The position numbers were made by a program, and so were the translations under genes. The notes below the pieces were generated by a model. It was not told the origin of the DNA, made no database searches, and saw only the letters and a program-made list of their open reading frames with translations. Shown in pieces: positions 1-10,540 of a stretch of DNA of 32,000 nucleotides (the first letter of the stretch is position 1; each line of letters begins with the position of its first letter). Where the stretch lies: positions 2,880,001 to 2,912,000 of the forward strand of contig NZ_CP011041.1 in the NCBI RefSeq assembly GCF_002310835.1. Reading direction: 5' to 3'. This DNA is from Pseudoalteromonas tetraodonis (GTDB taxonomy: Bacteria > Pseudomonadota > Gammaproteobacteria > Enterobacterales > Alteromonadaceae).

Positions 1-1
1 A

Positions 2-685
2 GTTTTTCATGATGAAAATTTAGATGAGATAACAAAAAAGTTACAACAACTTAAACTCGGTGCAGAGTTAGAGTCAACTAAACAAAGTTGCAGTACAGAA
101 GCTGCAAAAGCAAAAGACTTAGCCCAAAAAAATGAGATGAAAGAAGCATCAACCCTAAAATGGTTGTTAGCCATTAATGGAGTCATGTTTTTTATAGAAG
201 TAATTGCTGGGATTATTGCACAGTCTGCTGGCCTAATTGCAGACTCATTAGATATGTTTGCTGATGCTGCTGTGTATGGTTTAGCTATTTATGCCGTAGG
301 TAAAAGTATTAGCATGAAACTTAGAGCAGCACATATATCTGGTGTGCTTCAAGTTATTCTAGCGCTAGGTGCTTTGAGCGAAGTCGTAAGACGCTTTGTT
401 TACGGTAGTGAACCGATCTCTTCTTTAATGATGATATTTGGTGGAATAGCACTAATCGCTAACGTTGCTTGTCTGTTTTTGATATTTGGCAACAAAGAAG
501 ACGGCGCTCATATGAAAGCGAGTTGGATTTTTTCCGCAAATGACGTTATCGCAAACGTTGGTGTAATTTTAGCTGGCTTATTAGTTACAGCAACAAGCAG
601 TCGTTATCCAGATTTAGTGATTGGTTTGATAATTGCTCTTGTCGTTTTAAACGGTGCTCGCCGCATCTTACAGCTAAAGTATTAA
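2..685 (+). CDS. CDF-like cation efflux membrane protein, 5'-partial. The frame is open to the window edge, and the N-terminal part looks like the end of an HMA domain.
   Basis: There is no stop in this frame from nt 2 to the TAA at 683-685. Residues before the first Met (VFHDENLDEITKKLQQLKLGAEL) resemble the C-terminal end of a heavy-metal-associated fold. The following ~180 aa are hydrophobic helices with CDF-type acidic motifs (IADSLDMFADA, SANDVIANVG). No soluble C-terminal CDF domain is present. Confidence 0.6.
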   Translation, partial: VFHDENLDEITKKLQQLKLGAELESTKQSCSTEAAKAKDLAQKNEMKEASTLKWLLAINGVMFFIEVIAGIIAQSAGLIADSLDMFADAAVYGLAIYAVGKSISMKLRAAHISGVLQVILALGALSEVVRRFVYGSEPISSLMMIFGGIALIANVACLFLIFGNKEDGAHMKASWIFSANDVIANVGVILAGLLVTATSSRYPDLVIGLIIALVVLNGARRILQLKY

Positions 686-693
686 GCAGAGAA

Positions 694-1065
694 ATGAAAA
701 TAATGCACTCATCGTATATCAAATCAAATATATCATACGTGATAATGATTTTAATCGCGGTGCAGTCTGTGTTTTTTTCGCTAGAAGAGCTTGAAATAAA
801 CTTAAGTGAAAGTTCTTTTAGTTCATCACTAACTAAGTCTATTACCCCGCTAAAAGCTCCAGAAGACTCCAATATGCTTGAGGTGAATAATAGCAACTCT
901 TCAATTGATAATTGTAATTTTTGTTGCTGTTGTCACTTATTTTTAAATGCTGATTCTTCCTGTAACATTTTCCAAGCAATAGAATATTTCCTTACCTACG
1001 CCTTAGTTTCTCCTGAGCTAAAAGGCTATATCTCGGTGCCATTCCGCCCACCTAAATACGCCTAA
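694..1065 (+). CDS. CzcI-like small membrane-anchored or periplasmic Cys/His protein
   Basis: This 123-aa ORF sits directly upstream of czcC. It has an N-terminal hydrophobic anchor, a Ser-rich linker, the Cys cluster CNFCCCCHLFL and the C-terminal tail FRPPKYA. Its position and motifs recall CzcI of czcICBA operons; this is from memory and was not searched. A paralog lies at 17104-17526. Confidence 0.5.
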   Translation: MKIMHSSYIKSNISYVIMILIAVQSVFFSLEELEINLSESSFSSSLTKSITPLKAPEDSNMLEVNNSNSSIDNCNFCCCCHLFLNADSSCNIFQAIEYFLTYALVSPELKGYISVPFRPPKYA

Positions 1066-1137
1066 ATTTTATAGAAAATTATGAAAGGTCAAATGTTAAT
1101 GACCGAAAAAAACATATAAATTTATAGGAAAGTATAC

Positions 1138-2430
1138 ATGGCACTTAATACCTGTGTGCATCGCAAGATAGCAATTTTGAGGTGTGTAACACCTCGGCTT
1201 AAATATATCGCGTTTCTCGCGTTGTCACTTTTTACATTTAATGTTTATGCCTTTGAAAAGCAGTTAAATCTTCAAGAGGCAATTCAGTGGACGCTTAAAC
1301 AAAATCCTGAACTCAAAATATTTGATTTCAAACAAACCGCATTAACAGGACAAGAACAAACAGCAAGTTTAAATCCTGCTTATGAACTAGAAGTTGAAGC
1401 TGAGAACTTTGCAGGCTCAGGTGAATTTAATGCATTCGACAGTGCTGAATTAACAGTCGCTCTATCTTCGGTTATCGAAATGGGAGATAAACGCTCAGCG
1501 CGGATTGGACTTGTTTCAAAATCAAGAGCACAACTCAATGCTGAGAAAGAAGTCTCTGCGCTTAATTTAATGGCTCAAGTCACTGAGAAGTACGTGGAAG
1601 TACTTGCAGCCCAACAAAGAGTTATATTGGCAGAAAATGCTTTGAGCTTAGCACAAGAAACGTTAGAGATTGTATCTCAGCGTAACCGCGCAGGTGCTAC
1701 TCCTGAGGCTGAAGTGAAACGCTCAAAAGCAGTTATTGCTCAGGCTAACCTCACCCTTCAATCTGAACAAAAGCGCTTGGAATATTTGAAGCTCTCATTA
1801 GCAGCCTACTGGGGGGAAAACTCTGTAACCTTCTCTGAAGTACAAGGGGATCTTTTTCAGTTTGGCAATGATAGTGACTTTAACAGCCTTTTTGCGAAGT
1901 TAGAGAAGAACCCTGCTATTCAAATCTATGCAAGTGAACAGCGACTAAAAGAGGCTGAAATACAGTTAGCTAAAACAGAGTCAACGGCCAATATCAAATG
2001 GTCTGTTGGTGTTAGGCGCTCTCAAGAAGCCAATGATACGGCACTGGTCGCTGGCTTTAGCTTACCTTTGTTTGCTGAAAAGCGAAATTCTGGTGCAATC
2101 GCTAGTGCGCTAGCAGAGCGTGACCAAGTTGCCATAGAGAAAGAGGCGACTAAGTTGAGGTTTAGAAATCACTTACTACGAGCATACTCCAATAGAAAAC
2201 AAGCCATATTAACAGCTAATTCATTAAAGCAGTCGGTTATCCCAATGCTTGAAGATGCACTGGAAGATACTCAAGACGCCTATCAAAAAGGTCGATATGG
2301 ATATCTTGATTATGTATCGGCTAGACAAGAGCTGTTAAATGCTCGGCGAACCCTCATTGATGCGGCATCTGCTGCCCTAATTTATGGCGCAGAGATAGAA
2401 AAACTAACAAACGAAGCGCTGTCACTCTAA
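1138..2430 (+). CDS. czcC: Outer membrane efflux protein (TolC/OMF family), CzcC-like
   Basis: The 430-aa protein has a signal-like hydrophobic N-terminus (IAFLALSLFTFNVYA) and OMF-type repeated coiled segments. It lies immediately upstream of the adaptor and RND genes. An AGGAAA sequence lies 7 nt upstream of the ATG. Confidence 0.85.
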   Translation: MALNTCVHRKIAILRCVTPRLKYIAFLALSLFTFNVYAFEKQLNLQEAIQWTLKQNPELKIFDFKQTALTGQEQTASLNPAYELEVEAENFAGSGEFNAFDSAELTVALSSVIEMGDKRSARIGLVSKSRAQLNAEKEVSALNLMAQVTEKYVEVLAAQQRVILAENALSLAQETLEIVSQRNRAGATPEAEVKRSKAVIAQANLTLQSEQKRLEYLKLSLAAYWGENSVTFSEVQGDLFQFGNDSDFNSLFAKLEKNPAIQIYASEQRLKEAEIQLAKTESTANIKWSVGVRRSQEANDTALVAGFSLPLFAEKRNSGAIASALAERDQVAIEKEATKLRFRNHLLRAYSNRKQAILTANSLKQSVIPMLEDALEDTQDAYQKGRYGYLDYVSARQELLNARRTLIDAASAALIYGAEIEKLTNEALSL

Positions 2431-2465
2431 AAAAAGCATCACTTTAAGCTTAATAACAATTTATT

Positions 2466-2486
2466 GATTCAGTTATTAACTGAATC
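2466..2486. repeat. Perfect 10-1-10 inverted repeat (gattcagtta t taactgaatc) in the czcC-czcB intergenic spacer
   Basis: The repeat was read directly from the sequence. It lies 36 nt after the czcC stop and 16 nt before the czcB ATG. Its function is unknown; it could be an mRNA hairpin or a protein-binding palindrome. Confidence 0.5.
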
Positions 2487-2501
2487 GTTTAGGAATTAAA
2501 A

Positions 2502-6522
<4,021 letters not shown>

Positions 6523-6542
6523 TCTGACGAAATTTAAAGCCC

Positions 6543-6588
6543 AAAAAGCAGCTTAATTAATAGGTTATGCCTAATTAAGCTGCTTTTT
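6543..6588. terminator. Bidirectional rho-independent terminator between the convergent czcA and czcD
   Basis: A perfect 17-bp inverted repeat is present: aaaaagcagcttaatta (6543-6559) and taattaagctgcttttt (6572-6588), with a 12-nt loop. The A5 and T5 flanks give a U-tract on both strands. Confidence 0.8.
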
Positions 6589-6620
6589 ATATTGTATGCC
6601 CAACATTTTATTGATAAAGC

Positions 6621-7508
6621 TTACTGCGCTTCATCCCGACAATTTTCATTTAAAAACTCAAACTCTATCGTTGTATGCGATAAATGATAGGAAGATAATT
6701 TAGCTGCAACTTCTTGTTTAAGCCTAATTAATTCTTTAACGTCAAAGTTGTCACTCAGCTCAAGGTGCGCTGTTAAAACGTGACTTTCACCATCTAGTGA
6801 CCAAAAGTGCATGTGGTGGATACCATTAACTTCAGGAAATTCCATTAGTGATAGTTTAATACGCTTTTGAGTCTCTTTATCGGGTGCAGCTTGAAGAAAT
6901 AAAACGAGTGTTGATTTCAGGTTTTTGAAAACATTAAACAAGATGAACAGCGTGAACCCTATTGATAAAAGGGGATCTAATATCGGCAGTTCAGCGAACA
7001 ACAGTACGATAGAGACTATAAGAACGGCAACCCATCCAAGTACATCTTCAAGAAGGTGCCATGTCAGCACTTTCTCATTTAATGTTTCACCCGCTTTTAA
7101 TTTTAATACCGCATATCCGTTAACGGCAACGCCGAGTATCGCTAGCCCTAACATCCCCTCGACTACAGGCATTTCAGGATTGGACAGCCTTGGAATTGCT
7201 TCAAATAAAATCCAAATTGAGCCAATGATTAAAACAATACTGTTTATCAATGCGCCAAAGAGAGTAAGTCTACGATAACCATAACTAAACTTATCTGATG
7301 CTTCTTTATCTGAAAAACGACTTAAAATCCACGCAAAACCTATTGAAAGACTATCACCAAGATCGTGAACTGCATCTGCCATTATCGCAGTACTGTTAGT
7401 GAGCCAACCACCTATAAATTCGATAATAGTAAATGTCACATTCAGAAAAAATGCCCAACCAATACGATCATCTTTAGAATGCTGATGACTGTGACTATGG
7501 TTGTGCAT
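6621..7508 (-). CDS. czcD: Cation diffusion facilitator Zn/Cd/Co efflux protein (CzcD/ZitB-like)
   Basis: The N-terminus is His-rich (MHNHSHSHQHSKDD). HxxxD motifs occur in TM2 (HDLGD) and TM5 (HLLED), and a C-terminal CDF cytoplasmic domain is present. I place the start at ATG 7508-7506, with GGAGG at 7519-7515 six nt upstream. The ORF-track start at 7550 would add 14 residues with no RBS. Confidence 0.88.
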   Translation of the reverse strand: MHNHSHSHQHSKDDRIGWAFFLNVTFTIIEFIGGWLTNSTAIMADAVHDLGDSLSIGFAWILSRFSDKEASDKFSYGYRRLTLFGALINSIVLIIGSIWILFEAIPRLSNPEMPVVEGMLGLAILGVAVNGYAVLKLKAGETLNEKVLTWHLLEDVLGWVAVLIVSIVLLFAELPILDPLLSIGFTLFILFNVFKNLKSTLVLFLQAAPDKETQKRIKLSLMEFPEVNGIHHMHFWSLDGESHVLTAHLELSDNFDVKELIRLKQEVAAKLSSYHLSHTTIEFEFLNENCRDEAQ

Positions 7509-8226
7509 TTTGTACCTCCAGTGCTTTTGTATTTCTAATTTTTGATACATTCATATTAATCAAATGGCGAATCACACCTTGATACATCCAACGTTTTACT
7601 CCCGACAAATTAGTACCCTTTTCAAGATAAAACTCATCAGGGGAATCATAAAGCCCAAAGTCGTCATGAATACCTTCTTTTTGAATATAGGTATCTTGGC
7701 CGCACCAATTTGTGTTTGGTGAAGAGAAACACTTTGTTGCAACACCATAGACACAAAAGTCATCTTTTGCTTGGCTAAATTTCTGCTGTAGTGAGCTTAA
7801 GTATTGCTCATCCAATATAAAGCCCTCTAAGTTTATCCAGCGTCCATCGAAATAAACTTCTACCCAACTATGAATGATGTATTTAGGTGCTAACCAAAAT
7901 ACATAGCTAGGTATAGCCCCTTTTTGTAATTGCTGATCAATGGTAAAACCATGGAAACGACACTGGATACCTAGTCCACGCAATAGCGCCATTAACAGAT
8001 TACCCTTAGTATTACATTGCCCATAACCATCTGCTAGTACATCGCTTGCTGCTATATCATCACTCTTGTTATAGCCAAACATTATTTCATCTTTCACAAA
8101 TTGGTATGCTGCTCCAATTTTGTTGAAATCGTCTAAGCTTTGCCATCCTCGCTGATCGATCAGGGATTGGATATCTTTGTGTTCAAAATTAACGATATTC
8201 GTATTGTTTAAATATTTCTCGGTCAT
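7495..8226 (-). CDS. Transglutaminase-like (cysteine-protease fold) superfamily protein
   Basis: A core Cys context GYGQCNTKGNLLMALLRGLGIQCRFHGF is followed by HSWVEVYFDGRWINLEG. This matches the Cys...His...acid layout of the transglutaminase core. No signal peptide is visible. The 3' end overlaps the czcD start by 14 nt. Confidence 0.7.
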   Translation of the reverse strand: MTEKYLNNTNIVNFEHKDIQSLIDQRGWQSLDDFNKIGAAYQFVKDEIMFGYNKSDDIAASDVLADGYGQCNTKGNLLMALLRGLGIQCRFHGFTIDQQLQKGAIPSYVFWLAPKYIIHSWVEVYFDGRWINLEGFILDEQYLSSLQQKFSQAKDDFCVYGVATKCFSSPNTNWCGQDTYIQKEGIHDDFGLYDSPDEFYLEKGTNLSGVKRWMYQGVIRHLINMNVSKIRNTKALEVQNAQP

Positions 8227-8245
8227 TTTTTATATATCCTTTTCG

Positions 8246-8288
8246 TTGCATACTTATACTACAGACTCTATAGTAACTATAGAATCAA
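8246..8288. promoter_or_regulatory. Divergent promoter region with a MerR-type (CadR/ZntR-like) operator dyad
   Basis: A perfect dyad tctatagt-a-actataga occupies 8267-8283. On the minus strand the layout is -35 TTGATT (8288-8283), a 19-nt spacer containing the dyad, then TGTAGT (8263-8258), upstream of the transglutaminase-czcD operon. On the plus strand TTGCAT (8246-8251), a 19-nt spacer and TAGTAA (8271-8276) lie upstream of cadR. Confidence 0.6.
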
Positions 8289-8305
8289 ATGTCTGGGGGA
8301 AATTG

Positions 8306-8695
8306 ATGAAAATAGGCGAATTGTCTAAAAAATCGGGCTGTTCTATACAAACAATTAGATATTATGAAAGAGAAGGATTACTGTTAAATCCAAACCGTTC
8401 AGAAGGTAATTTCAGGCTGTATGATAGTAAAGCACTTAAACAATTGGAGTTCGTAAAACATTGTCGCAGCCTAGATATATCACTCAATGATATTAAACGT
8501 CTTATCGAATTAAAAAATAAGCCAGAAGAAAGCTGCTCTAGCGTTAATGCATTAATTGATCAGCAACTTGCACTAGTGAATAAACGCATGAAAGAATTAA
8601 GGGCGCTTAAAGCTGAATTACAACAGATGGCTAGTGCTTGTGGTTCGAACAATACTATTGAAGCATGCGGGATCATTAAGTCACTAGATAGTTAA
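8306..8695 (+). CDS. cadR: MerR-family Cd(II)/Zn(II)/Pb(II)-responsive regulator, CadR-like
   Basis: The sequence MKIGELSKKSGCSIQTIRYYEREGLL is a MerR HTH. Cys occurs in PEESCSSVNALID, and a C-terminal pair in ASACGSNNTIEACG, which is the CadR/ZntR ligand pattern. The start is set at ATG 8306 (GGGGGA upstream). The ORF-track extension to 8177 overlaps the divergent gene and was rejected. Confidence 0.85.
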   Translation: MKIGELSKKSGCSIQTIRYYEREGLLLNPNRSEGNFRLYDSKALKQLEFVKHCRSLDISLNDIKRLIELKNKPEESCSSVNALIDQQLALVNKRMKELRALKAELQQMASACGSNNTIEACGIIKSLDS

Positions 8696-8715
8696 CTCTG
8701 TTAGAGGCATACGGG

Positions 8716-8900
8716 CAGAATATAGAACATTAATCGACTATTGCATGTCCTAAATGTGGACAGATAAAAACGGAAGAAATGCTGACAAATTCATGTCAGC
8801 GGTATCACAAGTATGAGTCACACAAGGTTTTGCCAAACTATTGAATGGTGACTGGTGTGTTTACTTCTCATATGGAACAGCAAAATTCCGCCAATTCTAG
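8716..8900 (+). pseudogene. Degraded GDCCVxC-domain small metal-binding protein gene
   Basis: One frame reads ...NIEH*STIACPKCGQIKTEEMLTNSCQRYHKYESHKVLPNY*. A second frame reads LLNGDWCVYFSYGTAKFRQF*. Together they resemble the pattern ...CPxCG...EEM...C...GDCCVxCSYG..KCPP. The gene has no start codon, a TAA at 8731, a frameshift near 8835-8846, and several conserved Cys replaced (GDWCVYF). Confidence 0.5.
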
Positions 8901-9221
8901 AACGACAAAATTAGTTGCAGCCGTTAATGCACTAGAGTGTTTAAATTGAAGTTTATTATTGACTCTTCAACGTCTGCTTTACACTCTGAATTTTCGTTAA
9001 TAACTCAAAAGCTAACTTCCGCTTTTGGCTAAGTGAAGTCATAAGGTATTCATTGATGCTAATGTCCGCAATGTCGGAGGAGCTGCCGTTAGCAAATAGC
9101 ATCAAATTATCGTAATATAACTGATTGAGTCTCAGATATTATGATTAAAAAATCATACTTTCATAAAAAGAGAGATTGGCGGCATCCCTTTAAAACCTTT
9201 CAGTCTAAAATGAGATCAATC

Positions 9222-9584
9222 TCAATCATTATGCACAGTCACAAATACTCCACATAGGTTGATCATGGCAGTGGCAAACGGATTATCATTTTTGGTATTG
9301 AGAGAGCCGTCGATAATATTCAAACAAGCACCTTTCTTATGGATGCTTTCAATTGCCTCAAGAATAGATTTTAACGACCGTCCCAAACGGTCGAGGCGAG
9401 TAACAATAACTTCATCACCTTCCCTGATAAAGTCGATGAGTTCCTAAAGCTTTTCTTCATTTCGAATCGAAGCACCAGACTGTTTGCCTTGGAATATTTT
9501 TTCACAGCCCTGAGCGTCCAACTTGGACAGTTGAACATTTAAATCTTGTTCTTTAGTTGAAACTCTTGCAAAACCAACTTTCAT
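9222..9584 (-). pseudogene. Serine recombinase (resolvase/invertase) pseudogene with an in-frame TAG and a 3' truncation
   Basis: The minus-strand translation is MKVGFARVSTKEQDLNVQLSKLDAQGCEKIFQGKQSGASIRNEEKL*ELIDFIREGDEVIVTRLDRLGRSLKSILEAIESIHKKGACLNIIDGSLNTKNDNPFATAMINL... This is the classic resolvase catalytic domain (ARVST, DRLGRS). The TAG is at 9446-9444. The frame ends after ~120 codons, so the C-terminal HTH domain is missing. Confidence 0.8.
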
Positions 9585-9587
9585 ATA

Positions 9588-9685
9588 TACGAAACCTGTA
9601 ACTTTCGCACACCTTAACAATTAAATGAACGAAAGTATATTAAATAAATTTCGTACATGAACGTAATAAAAAATAGAAATTCGTA
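9588..9685 (-). promoter_or_regulatory. res-like array: three imperfect inverted pairs of a TTTCGTA-type half-site directly upstream of the resolvase pseudogene
   Basis: Pair I is tacgaaa (9588-9594) with tttcgca (9603-9609). Pair II is aacgaaa (9628-9634) with tttcgta (9649-9655). Pair III is aacgtaa (9660-9666) with attcgta (9679-9685). Three subsites next to the resolvase start match the classical res organisation. Confidence 0.4.
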
Positions 9686-9713
9686 CACTACGGATAGAAA
9701 ATGAATGACAATT

Positions 9714-9842
9714 CTAACTATAAAGTGACTTAATTATTTCACACGCTTCACTTGTACACGAGCTTGCCATTTGTTGAAGCTCAGCTTGTAGTGCTTTGAG
9801 TTCTCCCATTAGATTGTTAACTAAAGCCAATTTAGCCTGTGT
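9714..9842 (-). pseudogene. 5'-truncated fragment of a second CadR-like MerR regulator (C-terminal ~42 codons only)
   Basis: The minus-strand translation TQAKLALVNNLMGELKALQAELQQMASSCTSEACEIIKSLYS* aligns with the C-terminus of the intact CadR (QQLALVNKRMKELRALKAELQQMASACGSNNTIEACGIIKSLDS*). The frame is closed by TAG/TGA just upstream. The nucleotide sequences are clearly diverged, so this is not a recent duplicate. Confidence 0.7.
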
Positions 9843-10017
9843 CTATCATAAGTTCAAAACTTAAACTTTAGATATAAGCTGAAATTGAGTCAATCGTATT
9901 ACAAATACTCTTATTGATACTGGCTCATTACTTGCACTTTTTCGAGAACATGACCACATGTAGAGAATAATAGGCTAACAGTGGGAAATATTTACACTAT
10001 CAATGTAAGGATTACTT

Positions 10018-10539
10018 ATGAAATACTCAAGATTTGCTGCAATGATCATCACCTCAACCATTGCTATGTTTGTCATGATGTATCTCAACACTTACGCAGT
10101 ATCACATATATGGTTTAGTGAAACGCGTATCTATATGGCGTTGTATATGGGAGCAGGTATGGCAATGATCATGCTGGCCTTTATGCTTGGCATGTACAGT
10201 AACAAGAAGCTCAACATGGCTATTTTTCTATTGGCGACAATACTGTTTGCCATATGTCTTTATCTTGTTCGCTCTCAAAGCACAATTTCTGACACTGCTT
10301 ACATGAAAGCGATGATTCCTCATCACTCCATTGCTATTCTTACTAGTGAGCATTCAACTTTGGAGGATGTACGCGTGCGTGAATTGGCAAATGGTATTAT
10401 TAAAGCCCAACGAAAAGAAATAAAAGAAATGGAATGGCTGATTAAAGATATTTCTGAAAATGGAAAGGTCAGCTCACAAGCTCAGGCTGAGCAACGACCG
10501 CTCCCAAAGTTTGAAGGCACACTGAACAAAGGAGACTAA
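10018..10539 (+). CDS. Membrane protein with three N-terminal TM helices and a C-terminal DUF305-type (CopM-like) repeat
   Basis: The motif MKAMIPHHSIAILTSEH...ELANGIIKAQRKEIKEMEWLI matches the DUF305 signature (PHH ... Q..EI..M..W). Three hydrophobic helices are present, and the second is strikingly Met-rich (YMALYMGAGMAMIMLAFMLGMY). Confidence 0.7.
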   Translation: MKYSRFAAMIITSTIAMFVMMYLNTYAVSHIWFSETRIYMALYMGAGMAMIMLAFMLGMYSNKKLNMAIFLLATILFAICLYLVRSQSTISDTAYMKAMIPHHSIAILTSEHSTLEDVRVRELANGIIKAQRKEIKEMEWLIKDISENGKVSSQAQAEQRPLPKFEGTLNKGD

Positions 10540-10540
10540 G

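Noticed and set aside
7509-7550. 14-codon N-terminal extension of czcD (MYQKLEIQKHWRYK)
   Set aside because: No RBS is present. A GGAGG sits six nt upstream of the internal ATG at 7508, which starts the typical His-rich CDF N-terminus.
8177-8305. N-terminal extension of cadR proposed by the ORF track (start at 8177)
   Set aside because: The extension overlaps the divergent transglutaminase-like gene and the operator and promoter. MerR proteins begin at the MKIGEL helix, and a GGGGGA RBS precedes ATG 8306.
9015-9100. Sequences such as acttccgcttttggcta and aatgtccgcaatgtcggaggagctgccgttagc, which remind me of short interspersed repeat (REP-like) elements seen in marine gammaproteobacterial genomes
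   Set aside because: Only single copies occur in this window, so repetitiveness cannot be shown. The resemblance is from memory only.
9259-9447. 62-aa plus-strand ORF
   Set aside because: It is the antisense shadow of the resolvase pseudogene and has no motifs.
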